Positions 48,428-58,762 of a stretch of DNA of 64,000 nucleotides are shown here, one piece after another; position 1 is the first letter of the stretch, and every line of letters begins with the position of its first letter. Source of the DNA: Candidatus Poribacteria bacterium (lineage in GTDB: Bacteria > Poribacteria > WGA-4E > WGA-3G); the NCBI GenBank assembly GCA_964291315.2, contig OZ219753.1:2432001-2496000 (forward strand), given 5' to 3'. A model generated the notes under the pieces. It did no database searches and was not told the origin of the DNA. It saw only the letters and a list, made by a program, of their open reading frames with translations. A program made the translations under genes and the position numbers.

Positions 48428-49390
48428 ATGGAATCGCAAAAAAATAGTATAGAGGATCGAAATATCGTGATTATTGGCGGCGGGACCGCTGGTTTTGCGG
48501 CAGGTATCTATACCTCTCGCGCAATGCTTGAGCCTGTTCTGATTACAGGTGATGCGCTCGGTGGACAGCTCTCCCTGACGCTTGACTTGGAAAACTACCC
48601 CGGTTTCTTCGGCAACGAAGCGAGTGTATTCATACAAGGCATGCAGGAACAAGCAGAAAGGTTTGGTACCGAAGTCAAATTCGACACCGTAACAGCAGTT
48701 GACTTTTCTCAGCATCCGTTTGCTGTTACAACTGCTGAGACGGAATACCGCGCCAAATCGGTGATTATCTGCACCGGCGCTTCGCCTCGCACTCTTAATA
48801 TTCCGGGTGAGGAGCAATACGGGGGGCGCGGGGTCTCATATTGCGCCACATGTGACGGGTTCTTCTTCCAGGACCAACGCCTCATCGTTGTCGGTGGTGG
48901 CGATGCAGCGTTGGAGGAAGGTATCTTTCTTACCAAATACGCGTCCGAGGTATACATCGTCCATCGGCGCGATCAACTCCGAGCAAGCCAGATTATGCAG
49001 GAACGTGCCTTCAAAAACGATAAGATCAAGTTTATCTGGGACACTATCGTCGAAGATATCACGGGCGATACTGAAAAAGTGACCGGGGCTACCCTCAAAA
49101 ACGTTAAAACCGGGCAGACGCAACTCTTCCCGATTGATGGGGTTTTCATTTTCATAGGGCATATTCCAAACACAGAACTCTTTACAGATGTCATCGCTAT
49201 GGATGAGCAGGCCTATATCATCGTCGACGATATGCAGCGCACAAACATAAGAGGTGTCTACGCTGCTGGTGATGTACATGATCATGTATTCCGTCAGGCG
49301 ATTACCGCTGCGGGTGCGGGTGCGGCGGCCGCTATCGCTGCTGAAAAATTCGTTGCAGAATTAGAGAACCGCGCCTATCCCGGAAACTAA
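48428..49390 (+). CDS. trxB: Thioredoxin-disulfide reductase
   Basis: GGQL, CATCDG, GGGDAALEE, AAGD. Confidence 0.95.
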   Translation: MESQKNSIEDRNIVIIGGGTAGFAAGIYTSRAMLEPVLITGDALGGQLSLTLDLENYPGFFGNEASVFIQGMQEQAERFGTEVKFDTVTAVDFSQHPFAVTTAETEYRAKSVIICTGASPRTLNIPGEEQYGGRGVSYCATCDGFFFQDQRLIVVGGGDAALEEGIFLTKYASEVYIVHRRDQLRASQIMQERAFKNDKIKFIWDTIVEDITGDTEKVTGATLKNVKTGQTQLFPIDGVFIFIGHIPNTELFTDVIAMDEQAYIIVDDMQRTNIRGVYAAGDVHDHVFRQAITAAGAGAAAAIAAEKFVAELENRAYPGN

Positions 49391-49497
49391 CAATGATGGT
49401 TTCATTGTAGGACATATCCAAATTCTGACTCCGTTATTGTTAGGAGGGGGTCCGAATCCTGACCTCGCTACTGGCAATTATTGCAGAGGAGAAATTC

Positions 49498-51123
49498 GTG
49501 TCACAAACAAAACTTGCCCTCGGCTTAGATTCAAGCACGCAAAGTTTATCTGCTACTGTCATTGATATAAACGCAGCGGAAAAATGTTTTGAGCACTCGC
49601 TTGATTATCGGGCCGATGAACGCCTCAACCGATTCGGTATCCGGGAAGATTACATTTTACCCCCAAGAGAAGAGGGCGAAGCCGAGCAGCCACCGTTGAT
49701 GTATCTCGCCTCACTGGATGCTCTGTTTGCTGATATGCGCGAAGCCGGGGTGCCGCTTGAGTCTATTCGCCTCATCAATACGTCAGGCCAACAGCATGGA
49801 CATGTCTACCTCAACCGTGACGCGGATACCCTCTTCGCACAGCTTAACACGTCACAAGGCTCTGGAGACATGCCCGATCTTAAAACCTTGCTAGAGAAGG
49901 TGTTTGCGTATCCGAATGCGCCAATCTGGATGACCGCAAATACTGTTGCACAAAGCGATGCTGTCCGAAAAGGAGTCGGTGGCAAAGCGGAGATGATTTC
50001 TCTCTCCGGTTCAGATGCACCGCTCCGGTTTACAGGGGCTGTCATGCGACGCGTCGGTGAACAGTCTCCAGAACAGTATGCGTCGACAGCAAAGATCCAG
50101 TTGATTAGCAGCTTCGTTCCAGCGGTGCTCACAGGGAATGCCAACGTACCTGTTGACTACGGCAATGCTTGCGGAATGTCGCTCATGAACTATCGGAGAA
50201 AGAGATGGGATTCCGCCCTATTAGCAGCAACTGCCCACGGTTTACCGGGCGGTGTGACGGAATTCCGGTCGAAATTACCGCCACTTGTACCGCCAGATTC
50301 CGTTGTTGGTAGTCTCGCTGCGTATTACGTTGAGAAATACGGCTTCGATCCCGGATGTGCAGTTATAGCTGGTTCAGGTGATAACCCACAGGCAAAGGTC
50401 CCCGTTGCTGGAGATCTACTCAGTCTCGGCACAAGTTTTGTTAATATGGTTTCAACGGACGGGGATACACTCGATCCAGAAGGGTTCGCCAACGCTATGT
50501 ACGATGGCATCAACCGCCCCTTTATGTTCGGATGCCGTACCAACGGCGCGATGGTCTGGGATGCCGTGAGAGCCAATTACAACTTCACAAAAGAGGAATA
50601 CGATCCCGCAGAAGCAGCGTTGCAGGCTGTCGTCCCCGGGCGATTTATGACCTTTTGGCAACCCAAAACTGAATCTTTTCCAGTTTCCGGGGTGTTTGAA
50701 CTGATACGCACCACATCGGAGCAGGCATTTGCATCAGACTATACCGGCATTATTGAAACCAGCCTCGCTGCCCTTTACACTTACTCCGCTGTTTTCACAA
50801 AACAGACACACGCACCGCTGTTTGTGACCGGCGGGGCAACGGATAGCCCGGGAATCATGCGGCGTGTTGCTGGAATCTGGAATAGACCGACGCTCCCCGT
50901 GGAAAAGGGAGGGGCATCTCTCGGAGCCGCTGTCGCAGGCGTAAAGGCTCTGTTGGCCAGAGAAGAAACTTTTGATATTGAGACTTTCAGCGCTTCTCTC
51001 TTGAGACGCGGGGAACCGATTCAACCCAACCCCGCAGATGTGGCAGCCTATCACGGTGAAGGGAAATATCTCCAGCGATTCCGTGAAAAATACGAACAAA
51101 TTACGGCAGAACATCCCATATAA
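49498..51123 (+). CDS. xylB: FGGY carbohydrate kinase, xylulokinase-like
   Basis: LGLDSSTQS, SGQQHG, RFTG, GDNP, SLGTS, TGGA. Confidence 0.78.
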   Translation: MSQTKLALGLDSSTQSLSATVIDINAAEKCFEHSLDYRADERLNRFGIREDYILPPREEGEAEQPPLMYLASLDALFADMREAGVPLESIRLINTSGQQHGHVYLNRDADTLFAQLNTSQGSGDMPDLKTLLEKVFAYPNAPIWMTANTVAQSDAVRKGVGGKAEMISLSGSDAPLRFTGAVMRRVGEQSPEQYASTAKIQLISSFVPAVLTGNANVPVDYGNACGMSLMNYRRKRWDSALLAATAHGLPGGVTEFRSKLPPLVPPDSVVGSLAAYYVEKYGFDPGCAVIAGSGDNPQAKVPVAGDLLSLGTSFVNMVSTDGDTLDPEGFANAMYDGINRPFMFGCRTNGAMVWDAVRANYNFTKEEYDPAEAALQAVVPGRFMTFWQPKTESFPVSGVFELIRTTSEQAFASDYTGIIETSLAALYTYSAVFTKQTHAPLFVTGGATDSPGIMRRVAGIWNRPTLPVEKGGASLGAAVAGVKALLAREETFDIETFSASLLRRGEPIQPNPADVAAYHGEGKYLQRFREKYEQITAEHPI

Positions 51124-51377
51124 GGCACACCAGCCCACAAAAACGAGGCTCTTTTGTAGTGTAAACTGGCGGCTTGTGTGCGATGAGTCCAATACATTGA
51201 ACTCACGTTAACATTAACAAAAACAAACGTAAATTGGGTTTGAAACGAAAAAAAACAGCACCCTTTTCGCTCATATGGCTAATTTCTAATTTTCAATTGC
51301 CCATTCACATAGATAGATGGTCATAGCGAAACCTAACTATTCAAATACAATATATTGTTGGTCTTCGGAGTGCAAAA

Positions 51378-51896
51378 ATGAACGAGCAACTAACACACTT
51401 TGACGAAAAAGGCAACGTACGGATGGTGGATGTCGGCGGCAAGCAAGAAACCCCGCGTGTCGCGATTGCCCGTGGGCACATAACCGCTCGCCCTGAAACG
51501 CTCCGACGTATTACTGAGCAGAAGATGAAAAAGGGCGATGTTTTAGAAGTTGCACGCCTTGCAGGTATTATGGCGGCAAAGCGGACCGGCGAGCTCATTC
51601 CACTCTGTCATCCGCTCGCCTTGACTTCGATCCGCGTTGAACTCGTCATCGCAGCCGATGCATCAAGAGTTGAGATTCAAGCAGAAGTCCAGACGGTCGG
51701 ACGCACAGGCGTAGAAATGGAAGCACTCACTGCCGTGTCGGTTGCGGCATTAACTGTCTATGATATGTGTAAGGCGGTGGACAGGGATATGGTCATCGCT
51801 GATATCAGGCTAGCTAAGAAGACAGGCGGCAAAAGTGGTGATTTCATGGCGATTTCGGATGTAAATAATTCCCATGAGAAGCGGAGAAGGGGTTAG
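51378..51896 (+). CDS. moaC: Cyclic pyranopterin monophosphate synthase
   Basis: [32 protein letters not shown]. Confidence 0.97.
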   Translation: MNEQLTHFDEKGNVRMVDVGGKQETPRVAIARGHITARPETLRRITEQKMKKGDVLEVARLAGIMAAKRTGELIPLCHPLALTSIRVELVIAADASRVEIQAEVQTVGRTGVEMEALTAVSVAALTVYDMCKAVDRDMVIADIRLAKKTGGKSGDFMAISDVNNSHEKRRRG

Positions 51897-51904
51897 AAAA
51901 GAAA

Positions 51905-54900
51905 ATGCGTCAATCACTAACTATGATAGATTTTAGAATTAATCGGACATTAGCAGCTGCGCGGTTACGAGACCTTGTCTACCAAGTGGTTTATCTCACA
52001 ATTCTTGCCCTCTTTTTACGTGCTGCACCAATCTCGTTTGCAGCAGATTACGTTCTGATTATTGGGGGTGCTGCCGGTGAAAAATCTTTTTACGATGCAT
52101 TCTGGCGTGCAACCTCCCAATTTCATCAATTGCTCACAGACGAATATGCTTATGACTCACGGCATATTACCTTCCTCTTCGAGGATATGGGAGATTCAGA
52201 AAGCCCCGGGCTCGTTGACGCTGAATCGAGGCGTGATCCGATTTTGACCGCGTTTGCACAACTTACTGATAAAATTCAACCCTCGGATCGGTTTTTGCTA
52301 TTCATGATCGGGCATGCATCTCGCACCGGCGGAAATCTGCGATTTAATTTAATGGGACAGGACATAAACGAAACGGAATATGTGACCCTCATTAACGGTA
52401 TCCGCGCCGAGAACCAGATTTTAATCTTTGGTTTCCCTTACAGCGGGAAGCTTGTGCCGCAGCTTAGCGCACCGGGACGCGTAATTCTGACCTCAAGTTC
52501 ACCAAATGAGGGATATTCACTGCAGGCAGGATTCGGTAAGCTGTTTGCTGATGCCTTTTCGACAGCAGCTGCCGATCTAAATAGCGACGGTGCCATCTCG
52601 CTTTTAGAATCCTTCCTATTTGTCGAGAGGCGAACAAAAGAGTGGTATGAAGATTTTGGTACGATTCAGGCTGAACACCCCTATCTCGACGATAATGCGG
52701 ATGGGAAGGCCTCCCGAAACCTAATCGCCACAAGGCAAGAAGCAATAGATGACGGTACGTTTGCTGATCAAACTTTTCTCGGCGAACGACTTACTGCACT
52801 CCCCAGCCCGCCTCCCGACTTGCAGGTCCCCGATGATGCAGTGCTTACTGAAGCAGCCGTCCCTGAGGATTTTCCGGTGCCTACTGTCCGCACTTACGAG
52901 GAGGGTAGCTCGGACCTCCCTTACACCTTTATTACCGAAGCAGACGAGAAAACCATCCGAAGAGCTATTAACGACGCACCTTCTCAAAAGGCGTACCCAG
53001 AGGATGGCGCTGTTGTGTTATGGGAAGGTGTTGAGATTGATATCGATGAAAAGAGCCGTTATATCTATTCCACGCGGCGGGTCGTCAAAATTTTTAATGA
53101 AAACGGCAGGGATCTTGCTGAAGTTAGTATTCCGTACATGCGCGGAAGAGACGATGTCACTATCCATCATGCACGGACGTTGACTCCGGGGGGTGACCTT
53201 GTTGAGCTTGATACAAGCGATGTTGTAACCGATCTCGTCCCGCCGAGTGCTGTAGAAGCGGGATTGTACGTCGATGCGCGCCTGATGTACTTCGCACTCC
53301 CAGACGTTACTGATGGATGCGTCATAGACTACGCCTATTCTACGAACAACCTTGGGCACGTCATGCAAGGCGAATTCTGGCGCAAGGTTTATTTCCAAGC
53401 CCGGCAACCGGTGGAATATTATCGACTGACTGTGCATATTCCGAAGAAAAAGGAGCTCTACTATCAGATCGCGGGAGCGCCTGCAGGATCCGACATGGGC
53501 TCTTTTCTCACGATGAAACCTGAAATCACAGAGAGCAACTACGCCCGAACCTATGTGTTTGAGGCGCGGGATGTTCCGCCTTTGAAAGAGGAATACCTTA
53601 TGCCTGCTCCTCAGGATCTCGCTTATAGCATTAGTCTTTCCTCGATTGATTCTTGGGATAAGCTCGTGACGTGGTATGCGACCCTGATTCGGGAGCAGGA
53701 CACCCTCACCCCAGAAATTGCTAAGAAGACGGAAGAACTTCTCAAGGGCGCTTGGTCCCATCAAGAAAAAGTGAAAAGACTTTATGAATACGTGGCAACC
53801 AACATCCAATATCTCGGTTATGAACTTGGGATTTGGGCGATTAAACCGCGTCCCGCTGACAGTGTTTTGAAAGATGGACAAGGAGATTGCAAGGATAAAA
53901 CGACACTCCTGTCCACAATGCTTGCATCGGCGGGTATTAATGCCTACCCTGTCCTCATTTCCGCTGGGGACACACGCGGCATTAATGCCCATCTTCCAGG
54001 CGGCGGCTCAGAAGTCAAAGCGGTTCCGTCGCTGGCCTATTTTAATCACATGATTCTTGCCGTTAAAGGAAGCAGGGACGATGAGCTTATCTGGCTCGAT
54101 CCGACATCAGAAACCTGTGCTTTCGGTGATTTTCCCGCTGGCGACCAAGATAGATGGACGCTCATTATCAACCCACAGTTTTTAACAGGGAGAACAGGGA
54201 GTAGGACACACGCGACAGAGGAACTTGCCTCCAAAAATGCCGAGGATCTACAGAACAGACTTTACCTTTTTCAGAAGAGTCCTTCCTTAGACGCGACATC
54301 GAACCTGAAACGCGTCCACACCGATGTACAACTAAAAAAAGACCTGAGCGTCTCCGTTCGCCAAGAGCTAACCGTCACTGGAAGTTTCAATACGCGGCTG
54401 CGGAGCCAACTCGCGCGTCTTGATACTGCCGAGGAGCGATCAGAGTTCATGCACAGTGAGTTAGAATTGGACGATCGCGCGAAAATAATTCAATTTAAAA
54501 CTTCCAATCTTTCCCAACTCGAAAAGGAATTGAAGGTCGAAGTCACTTGGACGTGTGAAGAATATTTGTACGCCATCGGCAGCCAATTTGTGCTTGAGCT
54601 TCCGCTTGTTAAACATCCGTATGCGGAACTGTTGAGCGAAGAGAGTAGACTATATTCGGCTATCCTCGGTAAAGCGTTGTCGCTTGAAGACAAAGTCAGC
54701 GTCAGCACAGAGGCACCTTTTAGGATAGATACCGTTCCTGAAGAACAGACGCTGAAAACCGAGGTTGCCGAGGTACAACTCCGTTATATGCAATCTAAGC
54801 GCAGAGCGGAGATGCATCAAATCGTCCGTTTTCTGACACCGACTGTAACGCCGCGAAATATTGAACATCTCAAAGAGGTTGTCAGAGTGGCTTCAAACCG

Positions 54901-54931
54901 AGGAACCAAAAGATTTATATTAACGCAGTAG
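51905..54931 (+). CDS. Caspase/C13-like N-terminal domain + DUF3857 + transglutaminase-like domain
   Basis: FMIGH, ADLNSDGAISL; GDCKDK, FNHMI, WLDPT triad. Confidence 0.8.
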   Translation: MRQSLTMIDFRINRTLAAARLRDLVYQVVYLTILALFLRAAPISFAADYVLIIGGAAGEKSFYDAFWRATSQFHQLLTDEYAYDSRHITFLFEDMGDSESPGLVDAESRRDPILTAFAQLTDKIQPSDRFLLFMIGHASRTGGNLRFNLMGQDINETEYVTLINGIRAENQILIFGFPYSGKLVPQLSAPGRVILTSSSPNEGYSLQAGFGKLFADAFSTAAADLNSDGAISLLESFLFVERRTKEWYEDFGTIQAEHPYLDDNADGKASRNLIATRQEAIDDGTFADQTFLGERLTALPSPPPDLQVPDDAVLTEAAVPEDFPVPTVRTYEEGSSDLPYTFITEADEKTIRRAINDAPSQKAYPEDGAVVLWEGVEIDIDEKSRYIYSTRRVVKIFNENGRDLAEVSIPYMRGRDDVTIHHARTLTPGGDLVELDTSDVVTDLVPPSAVEAGLYVDARLMYFALPDVTDGCVIDYAYSTNNLGHVMQGEFWRKVYFQARQPVEYYRLTVHIPKKKELYYQIAGAPAGSDMGSFLTMKPEITESNYARTYVFEARDVPPLKEEYLMPAPQDLAYSISLSSIDSWDKLVTWYATLIREQDTLTPEIAKKTEELLKGAWSHQEKVKRLYEYVATNIQYLGYELGIWAIKPRPADSVLKDGQGDCKDKTTLLSTMLASAGINAYPVLISAGDTRGINAHLPGGGSEVKAVPSLAYFNHMILAVKGSRDDELIWLDPTSETCAFGDFPAGDQDRWTLIINPQFLTGRTGSRTHATEELASKNAEDLQNRLYLFQKSPSLDATSNLKRVHTDVQLKKDLSVSVRQELTVTGSFNTRLRSQLARLDTAEERSEFMHSELELDDRAKIIQFKTSNLSQLEKELKVEVTWTCEEYLYAIGSQFVLELPLVKHPYAELLSEESRLYSAILGKALSLEDKVSVSTEAPFRIDTVPEEQTLKTEVAEVQLRYMQSKRRAEMHQIVRFLTPTVTPRNIEHLKEVVRVASNRGTKRFILTQ

Positions 54932-55091
54932 CTGTTGGGCCTCCGGGCGTTCCACTATGCTCCACTCACAGCTGTCAGTAACTCGTTTGTGGAGTCCCGT
55001 AAAGGCATTGTTCCGCGACCTACAATCTGCTGACTGCTAACGGCTAACGGCTATCCCGCTGATAGTCATAACAGAGGTAAACAATTAGGAA

Positions 55092-56099
55092 ATGCCAGCA
55101 ACAGAAGAAGTTCAAGCTATAGAAGAGTTGATGCAAAGCCAAGAGCTCATTTTGGCGCAACTGAAAAAGATCATCGTTGGGCAAGAGGAGGTCATTCATC
55201 AAATGTTGATGGCTCTTTTCGCCGGTGGGCACTGTCTGTTAGAAGGGGTGCCGGGGCTTGCCAAAACCCTCATGATTCGGACTTTAGCCCAAATCCTGAA
55301 TCTCAAATTCAAGCGGATTCAATTTACGCCGGACCTCATGCCTGCTGACATCACGGGTACCGATGTTTTGGAGGAAGACCGGAAAACGGGACACCGCACT
55401 ATCCGGTTCATTCAGGGACCTATTTTCGCTAATATCCTCCTTGCTGATGAGATTAATAGGACCCCGCCGAAGACGCAGGCGGCGCTCTTAGAAGCCATGC
55501 AGGAATACCGTGTTACCGCTGGCGGCACTGAATTTCCGTTGGAGCAGCCTTTCTTCGTGCTTGCGACGCAGAACCCGATCGAGCAAGAGGGAACATACCC
55601 CCTGCCGGAGGCACAGTTGGATCGGTTTATGTTTAAGATTGTGATAGACTACCCCACGGAAAACGAGGAAACAGAAATTATTGCTTCAACGACCGGGACA
55701 GATGTGCCTGAACTCGAAACAGTACTCTCTGGCGAAGCAATCGTGGCGCTCCATAATATCGTTAGGCGTGTTCCAGCTGCCGATAATGTCGTTCAATACG
55801 CCGTGAAGATTGCGCGTGCAACGCGTCCAAAAACCGAAGATGTCCCGGATTTCATCAAGGAATGGATCCGATGGGGGGCAGGCCCTCGCGCCGGCCAATA
55901 CCTTATCCTAGGCGCGAAAGCTCGAGCGATTTTACGAGGTAGATACAATGCCTCTTGTGAAGACGTTAAATCTGTCGCACCCGCAGTGTTAAGGCACCGG
56001 ATTTTAACCAACTTCCACGCTGAAGCAGAAGGGGTTGATTCTGACACCGTTATCCAACGCTTACTTGACACAGTGCAGGAGCCGGCTGCAAGGTTTTAG
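55092..56099 (+). CDS. MoxR family AAA+ ATPase
   Basis: [39 protein letters not shown]. Confidence 0.95.
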   Translation: MPATEEVQAIEELMQSQELILAQLKKIIVGQEEVIHQMLMALFAGGHCLLEGVPGLAKTLMIRTLAQILNLKFKRIQFTPDLMPADITGTDVLEEDRKTGHRTIRFIQGPIFANILLADEINRTPPKTQAALLEAMQEYRVTAGGTEFPLEQPFFVLATQNPIEQEGTYPLPEAQLDRFMFKIVIDYPTENEETEIIASTTGTDVPELETVLSGEAIVALHNIVRRVPAADNVVQYAVKIARATRPKTEDVPDFIKEWIRWGAGPRAGQYLILGAKARAILRGRYNASCEDVKSVAPAVLRHRILTNFHAEAEGVDSDTVIQRLLDTVQEPAARF

Positions 56100-56163
56100 A
56101 AGGCAGCACCTACTATCCGGTCGGCTTGAAATGCGAATCAAGGTTTTCGGAGAGCAGAACCTC

Positions 56164-56880
56164 ATGCGCACAATTTCGGTTATTATTCCAGCACTCAATG
56201 AAGAAAACGCTATTGCCAAAGTCCTTGCCGATATTCCCAAAGCTGTTTGCACACCTGATGGAGGCACCGGGGCAATCGTACAGGAGGTTATCGTCGTTGA
56301 TAACGGTTCTACAGATGATACGGCTGCAATCGCGGCTCAGCACGGCGCACGCCTAGTGAATGAGCCGCGCAGGGGTTATGGGTACGCCTGTCTGGCAGGC
56401 ATCACTGCCCTTAAAACGACAACACCAGATATCGTCGTTTTCCTTGATGGTGACTACAGCGACTACCCCACAGATATGCCGAGGCTCCTTCAACCCATTC
56501 TTACAGGTGTAGCGGGGCTTGTTGTCGGGGCAAGGAAGGCCTACAACGCGCGGGAAGCCCTATTGCCACAAGCGCGATTCGGTAATTGGCTCGCGTGTCG
56601 CTTAATACATCGCTTTTTCGGCATCCGCTATACAGACTTGGGACCCTTTCGGGCGATCCGATATTCACATCTCCTCGCGCTTGATATGCAAGATAAAACT
56701 TTTGGTTGGACGGTTGAAATGCAGCTTAAAGCCGCGAAACAAGCAATTCCGGTGTGCGAAGTTCCCGTCCGATACCGAAAACGGATTGGCACATCCAAAA
56801 TCACCGGCACCTTCGTCGGTAGTCTCAAAGCAGGCTACAAAATACTGACAACTCTCATCTATCATCGCTTCTTAGCATAG
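56164..56880 (+). CDS. Glycosyltransferase family 2
   Basis: IIPALNEE, VDNGSTD, FLDGD, TDLGPFRA. Confidence 0.92.
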   Translation: MRTISVIIPALNEENAIAKVLADIPKAVCTPDGGTGAIVQEVIVVDNGSTDDTAAIAAQHGARLVNEPRRGYGYACLAGITALKTTTPDIVVFLDGDYSDYPTDMPRLLQPILTGVAGLVVGARKAYNAREALLPQARFGNWLACRLIHRFFGIRYTDLGPFRAIRYSHLLALDMQDKTFGWTVEMQLKAAKQAIPVCEVPVRYRKRIGTSKITGTFVGSLKAGYKILTTLIYHRFLA

Positions 56881-56961
56881 CCGAAGCTTAATACTGTTGT
56901 TTATAAATACAGATACATACACAGAACCTAATCTGTTCCCGGAGTCCCTAAAGGAAGCCTT

Positions 56962-58623
56962 ATGCCGACCCTTGAATTCAAAGGCAAACAGCACATCTAC
57001 GCACACCACCTCACCGTGCCTTATCGCCCACTCGAACCCGATGAAAACCGCTCTTGTAACCCATCCGACACAGACGACAACCTCATTATTCACGGGGACA
57101 ACCTACACGCCCTTAAAGCACTGCTCCCCCGCTATGCCAACCGTATCAAGTGTGTCTACATCGATCCACCCTATAACACCGGCAACGAGAACTGGGTCTA
57201 TAACGATAACGTGAATAGCCCCCTTATGCAGCAGTGGCTGACAGAGAACGCCCCCGTGGATAACGAGGACTTGGAACACCACGATAAATGGCTCTGCATG
57301 ATGTGGCCGAGATTGCATCTACTCAAGGAACTCCTCTCAGAAGACGGCATCATTTTTGTCTCTATTGATCATAACGAACAACATCACCTCCAGATGTTGA
57401 TGGATGAAGTTTTTGGCGTTCCAAACTTTGTTGCTCAATTTTTTTGGATGCGGACAGCAACGCCACCAAGCCTTTCAAAAACTGTTCGTCGAAAAATGGA
57501 GCCGTTGATCTGTTATAGGAAATCGGTTGTTGAGAAGCAGAGTCTCTTCGGTGGACTAACAGAAGGCGGGGATATGCCTCTGCTCAATCAGGTCAATAAT
57601 GTCCGTCAACTTGAATTTCCAAAAGATACGTTCAGCACAGTGAAGCTTGAAGACGGTGTCTATCAGCCGAAAAATTACGGCAGAATTAGACTTGTAAGAC
57701 GGGTAGAGGTGAAAAATCAGCGGTTCCTAAGTAACCTCATGATGGAAGGACGATTTAAATGGACACAAGACACCGTTACACGCGAAGTTGAGCTTGGCAC
57801 TCGATTTCTGATAAAAAGTGCAAGGTTCTCTATCCGTTATGAGCGAAAAAATAATCAAAGAACGAAAGTTCCTTCGAACTTGATTACGAAAAAAGAATGT
57901 CAAGTGGGCACTAATGAAGATGCCAACAAGGAATTAGAGGCGATTATTGGATCTGATAAATTTGACTATCCTAAACCTACCTCACTCATAAAATATTTAA
58001 TTAACATGATTTGTAAGGATAACGACATAATTCTGGATTCCTTCGCTGGAAGTGGTACAACAGCCCACGCTGTTCTGGCTTTAAACAGAGCAGACGGCGG
58101 CAATCGGAAGTTTATCCTCATCGAGTGCGAAGACTATGCCGATACCATCACCGCAGAACGCATCCGGCGCGTCATCAACGGCGTCCCCGAGGCACGGGAC
58201 ACCGCTCTTCGCGAAGGCTTAGGCGGATCGTTCACTTACTGCACCCTCGGAAAACCGATGGAGGTAGAGACAATGCTCACCGGAGCAGCTCTGCCCTCAT
58301 ATGCCGCACTCGCCGCAAACCTCTTATATACCACCTCCGGCACCTCTGTCGGATCCAACGCATTGACGGCGAAAAATGAGGACGGACTTTTTCACAGCGA
58401 CGCTGAAAACGACTATTATCTCATTTACAAGCCTGATCTGGAATACCTCCGCAGCGATGCCGCTGTTCTCAACATTGAGCGCGCAGAGCGAGTGCGGGAG
58501 GCAAGCGATCAGACCGGCAGAAAGGCGATAGTCTATGCAGCAGGCAATTACATAGGACAGCGGGAACTCACCCGCATGCGCATTATATTCTGCCAACTTC
58601 CCAATGCTTTGCATGAAAGGTAA
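56962..58623 (+). CDS. Type III Mod-like DNA methyltransferase (beta class), no adjacent res gene
   Basis: MPTLEFKGK, GDNL, IDPPYNTG, PKP, DSFAGSGTT. Confidence 0.92.
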   Translation: MPTLEFKGKQHIYAHHLTVPYRPLEPDENRSCNPSDTDDNLIIHGDNLHALKALLPRYANRIKCVYIDPPYNTGNENWVYNDNVNSPLMQQWLTENAPVDNEDLEHHDKWLCMMWPRLHLLKELLSEDGIIFVSIDHNEQHHLQMLMDEVFGVPNFVAQFFWMRTATPPSLSKTVRRKMEPLICYRKSVVEKQSLFGGLTEGGDMPLLNQVNNVRQLEFPKDTFSTVKLEDGVYQPKNYGRIRLVRRVEVKNQRFLSNLMMEGRFKWTQDTVTREVELGTRFLIKSARFSIRYERKNNQRTKVPSNLITKKECQVGTNEDANKELEAIIGSDKFDYPKPTSLIKYLINMICKDNDIILDSFAGSGTTAHAVLALNRADGGNRKFILIECEDYADTITAERIRRVINGVPEARDTALREGLGGSFTYCTLGKPMEVETMLTGAALPSYAALAANLLYTTSGTSVGSNALTAKNEDGLFHSDAENDYYLIYKPDLEYLRSDAAVLNIERAERVREASDQTGRKAIVYAAGNYIGQRELTRMRIIFCQLPNALHER

Positions 58624-58762
58624 TAGGCACTCCATGTGCCGGCGCCAATTGCGGGTCCGCAGCACTACCTGTCAATCAAATGCTTGGTCCGGATACCCAC
58701 CGGAAAACCTTGACAGCTGCTTAACAAATTGAGTATCATTAACTAAATAGACTGAAAGCGAG

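Noticed and set aside
51124-51377. Possible Moco riboswitch upstream of moaC
   Set aside because: Only a loose GCACAC/GTGTGC hairpin; no recognisable Moco RNA motifs.
53018-53992. 324-aa minus-strand ORF
   Set aside because: Antisense to a well-supported 1008-aa gene and has no motifs; the same applies to 6372-7034, 12511-13080 and 39469-40074.
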